Below are positions 63,873 to 64,000 of a DNA stretch of 64,000 nt, piece after piece; positions within the stretch are counted from its first letter, which is position 1; the number at the start of each line of letters is the position of its first letter. The position numbers and the translations under genes were made by a program. Below the pieces are notes generated by a model, which did no database searches, was not told the origin of the DNA, and was given only the letters and a program-made list of their open reading frames with translations. The stretch is from Laetmonice hystrix (taxonomy: Eukaryota), in contig OZ249436.1 of the NCBI GenBank assembly GCA_965235115.1, forward strand, positions 49,974,001 to 50,038,000, in the 5' to 3' direction.

Positions 63873-64000
63873 TGCCAATGATTGAATATGGCTGGAGGAT
63901 GTGACATTTATGAGGCTCTAGCCATCACCTCCTGAACAAACACGCCGAGAAGAACCCTCTTGGGTATGAAGGATTGATAGGTGAATCTGGTCTGCCGACT

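Noticed and set aside
63543..63907. Poly-E/K, poly-F and poly-S ORFs
   Set aside because: Translation of a GAA/GAG microsatellite.

Overview
Eukaryotic (metazoan, most likely marine invertebrate) genomic DNA in two parts. (1) 1-~30828 is the right end of a very homogeneous satellite array: 35 full monomers of 865-875 bp plus a diverged partial one. It has nested higher-order repeats, an internal 18/40-bp subrepeat, a GC-rich foldable island in every monomer, and a single young tRNA-derived V-domain SINE with a 12-bp TSD near the edge. The array ends inside a MITE. (2) 30829-64000 is repeat-rich unique DNA carrying 18 coding exons (minus strand, 56044->42660) of a bifunctional, membrane-anchored peptidylglycine alpha-amidating monooxygenase (PAM; PHM+PAL+TM+cytosolic tail). 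Splice phases are consistent throughout and the catalytic residues are intact. The signal-peptide/first exons were not found and probably lie beyond the window. Most notable features: a tandem array of the 3' splice site of one PAM exon (42-bp unit, with one 41-bp copy that puts all distal decoy acceptors out of frame), and a very long (~310 aa) single-exon PHM-PAL linker with a furin-type site and Gly-Arg motifs. All short ORFs in the satellite and minisatellites are judged spurious.
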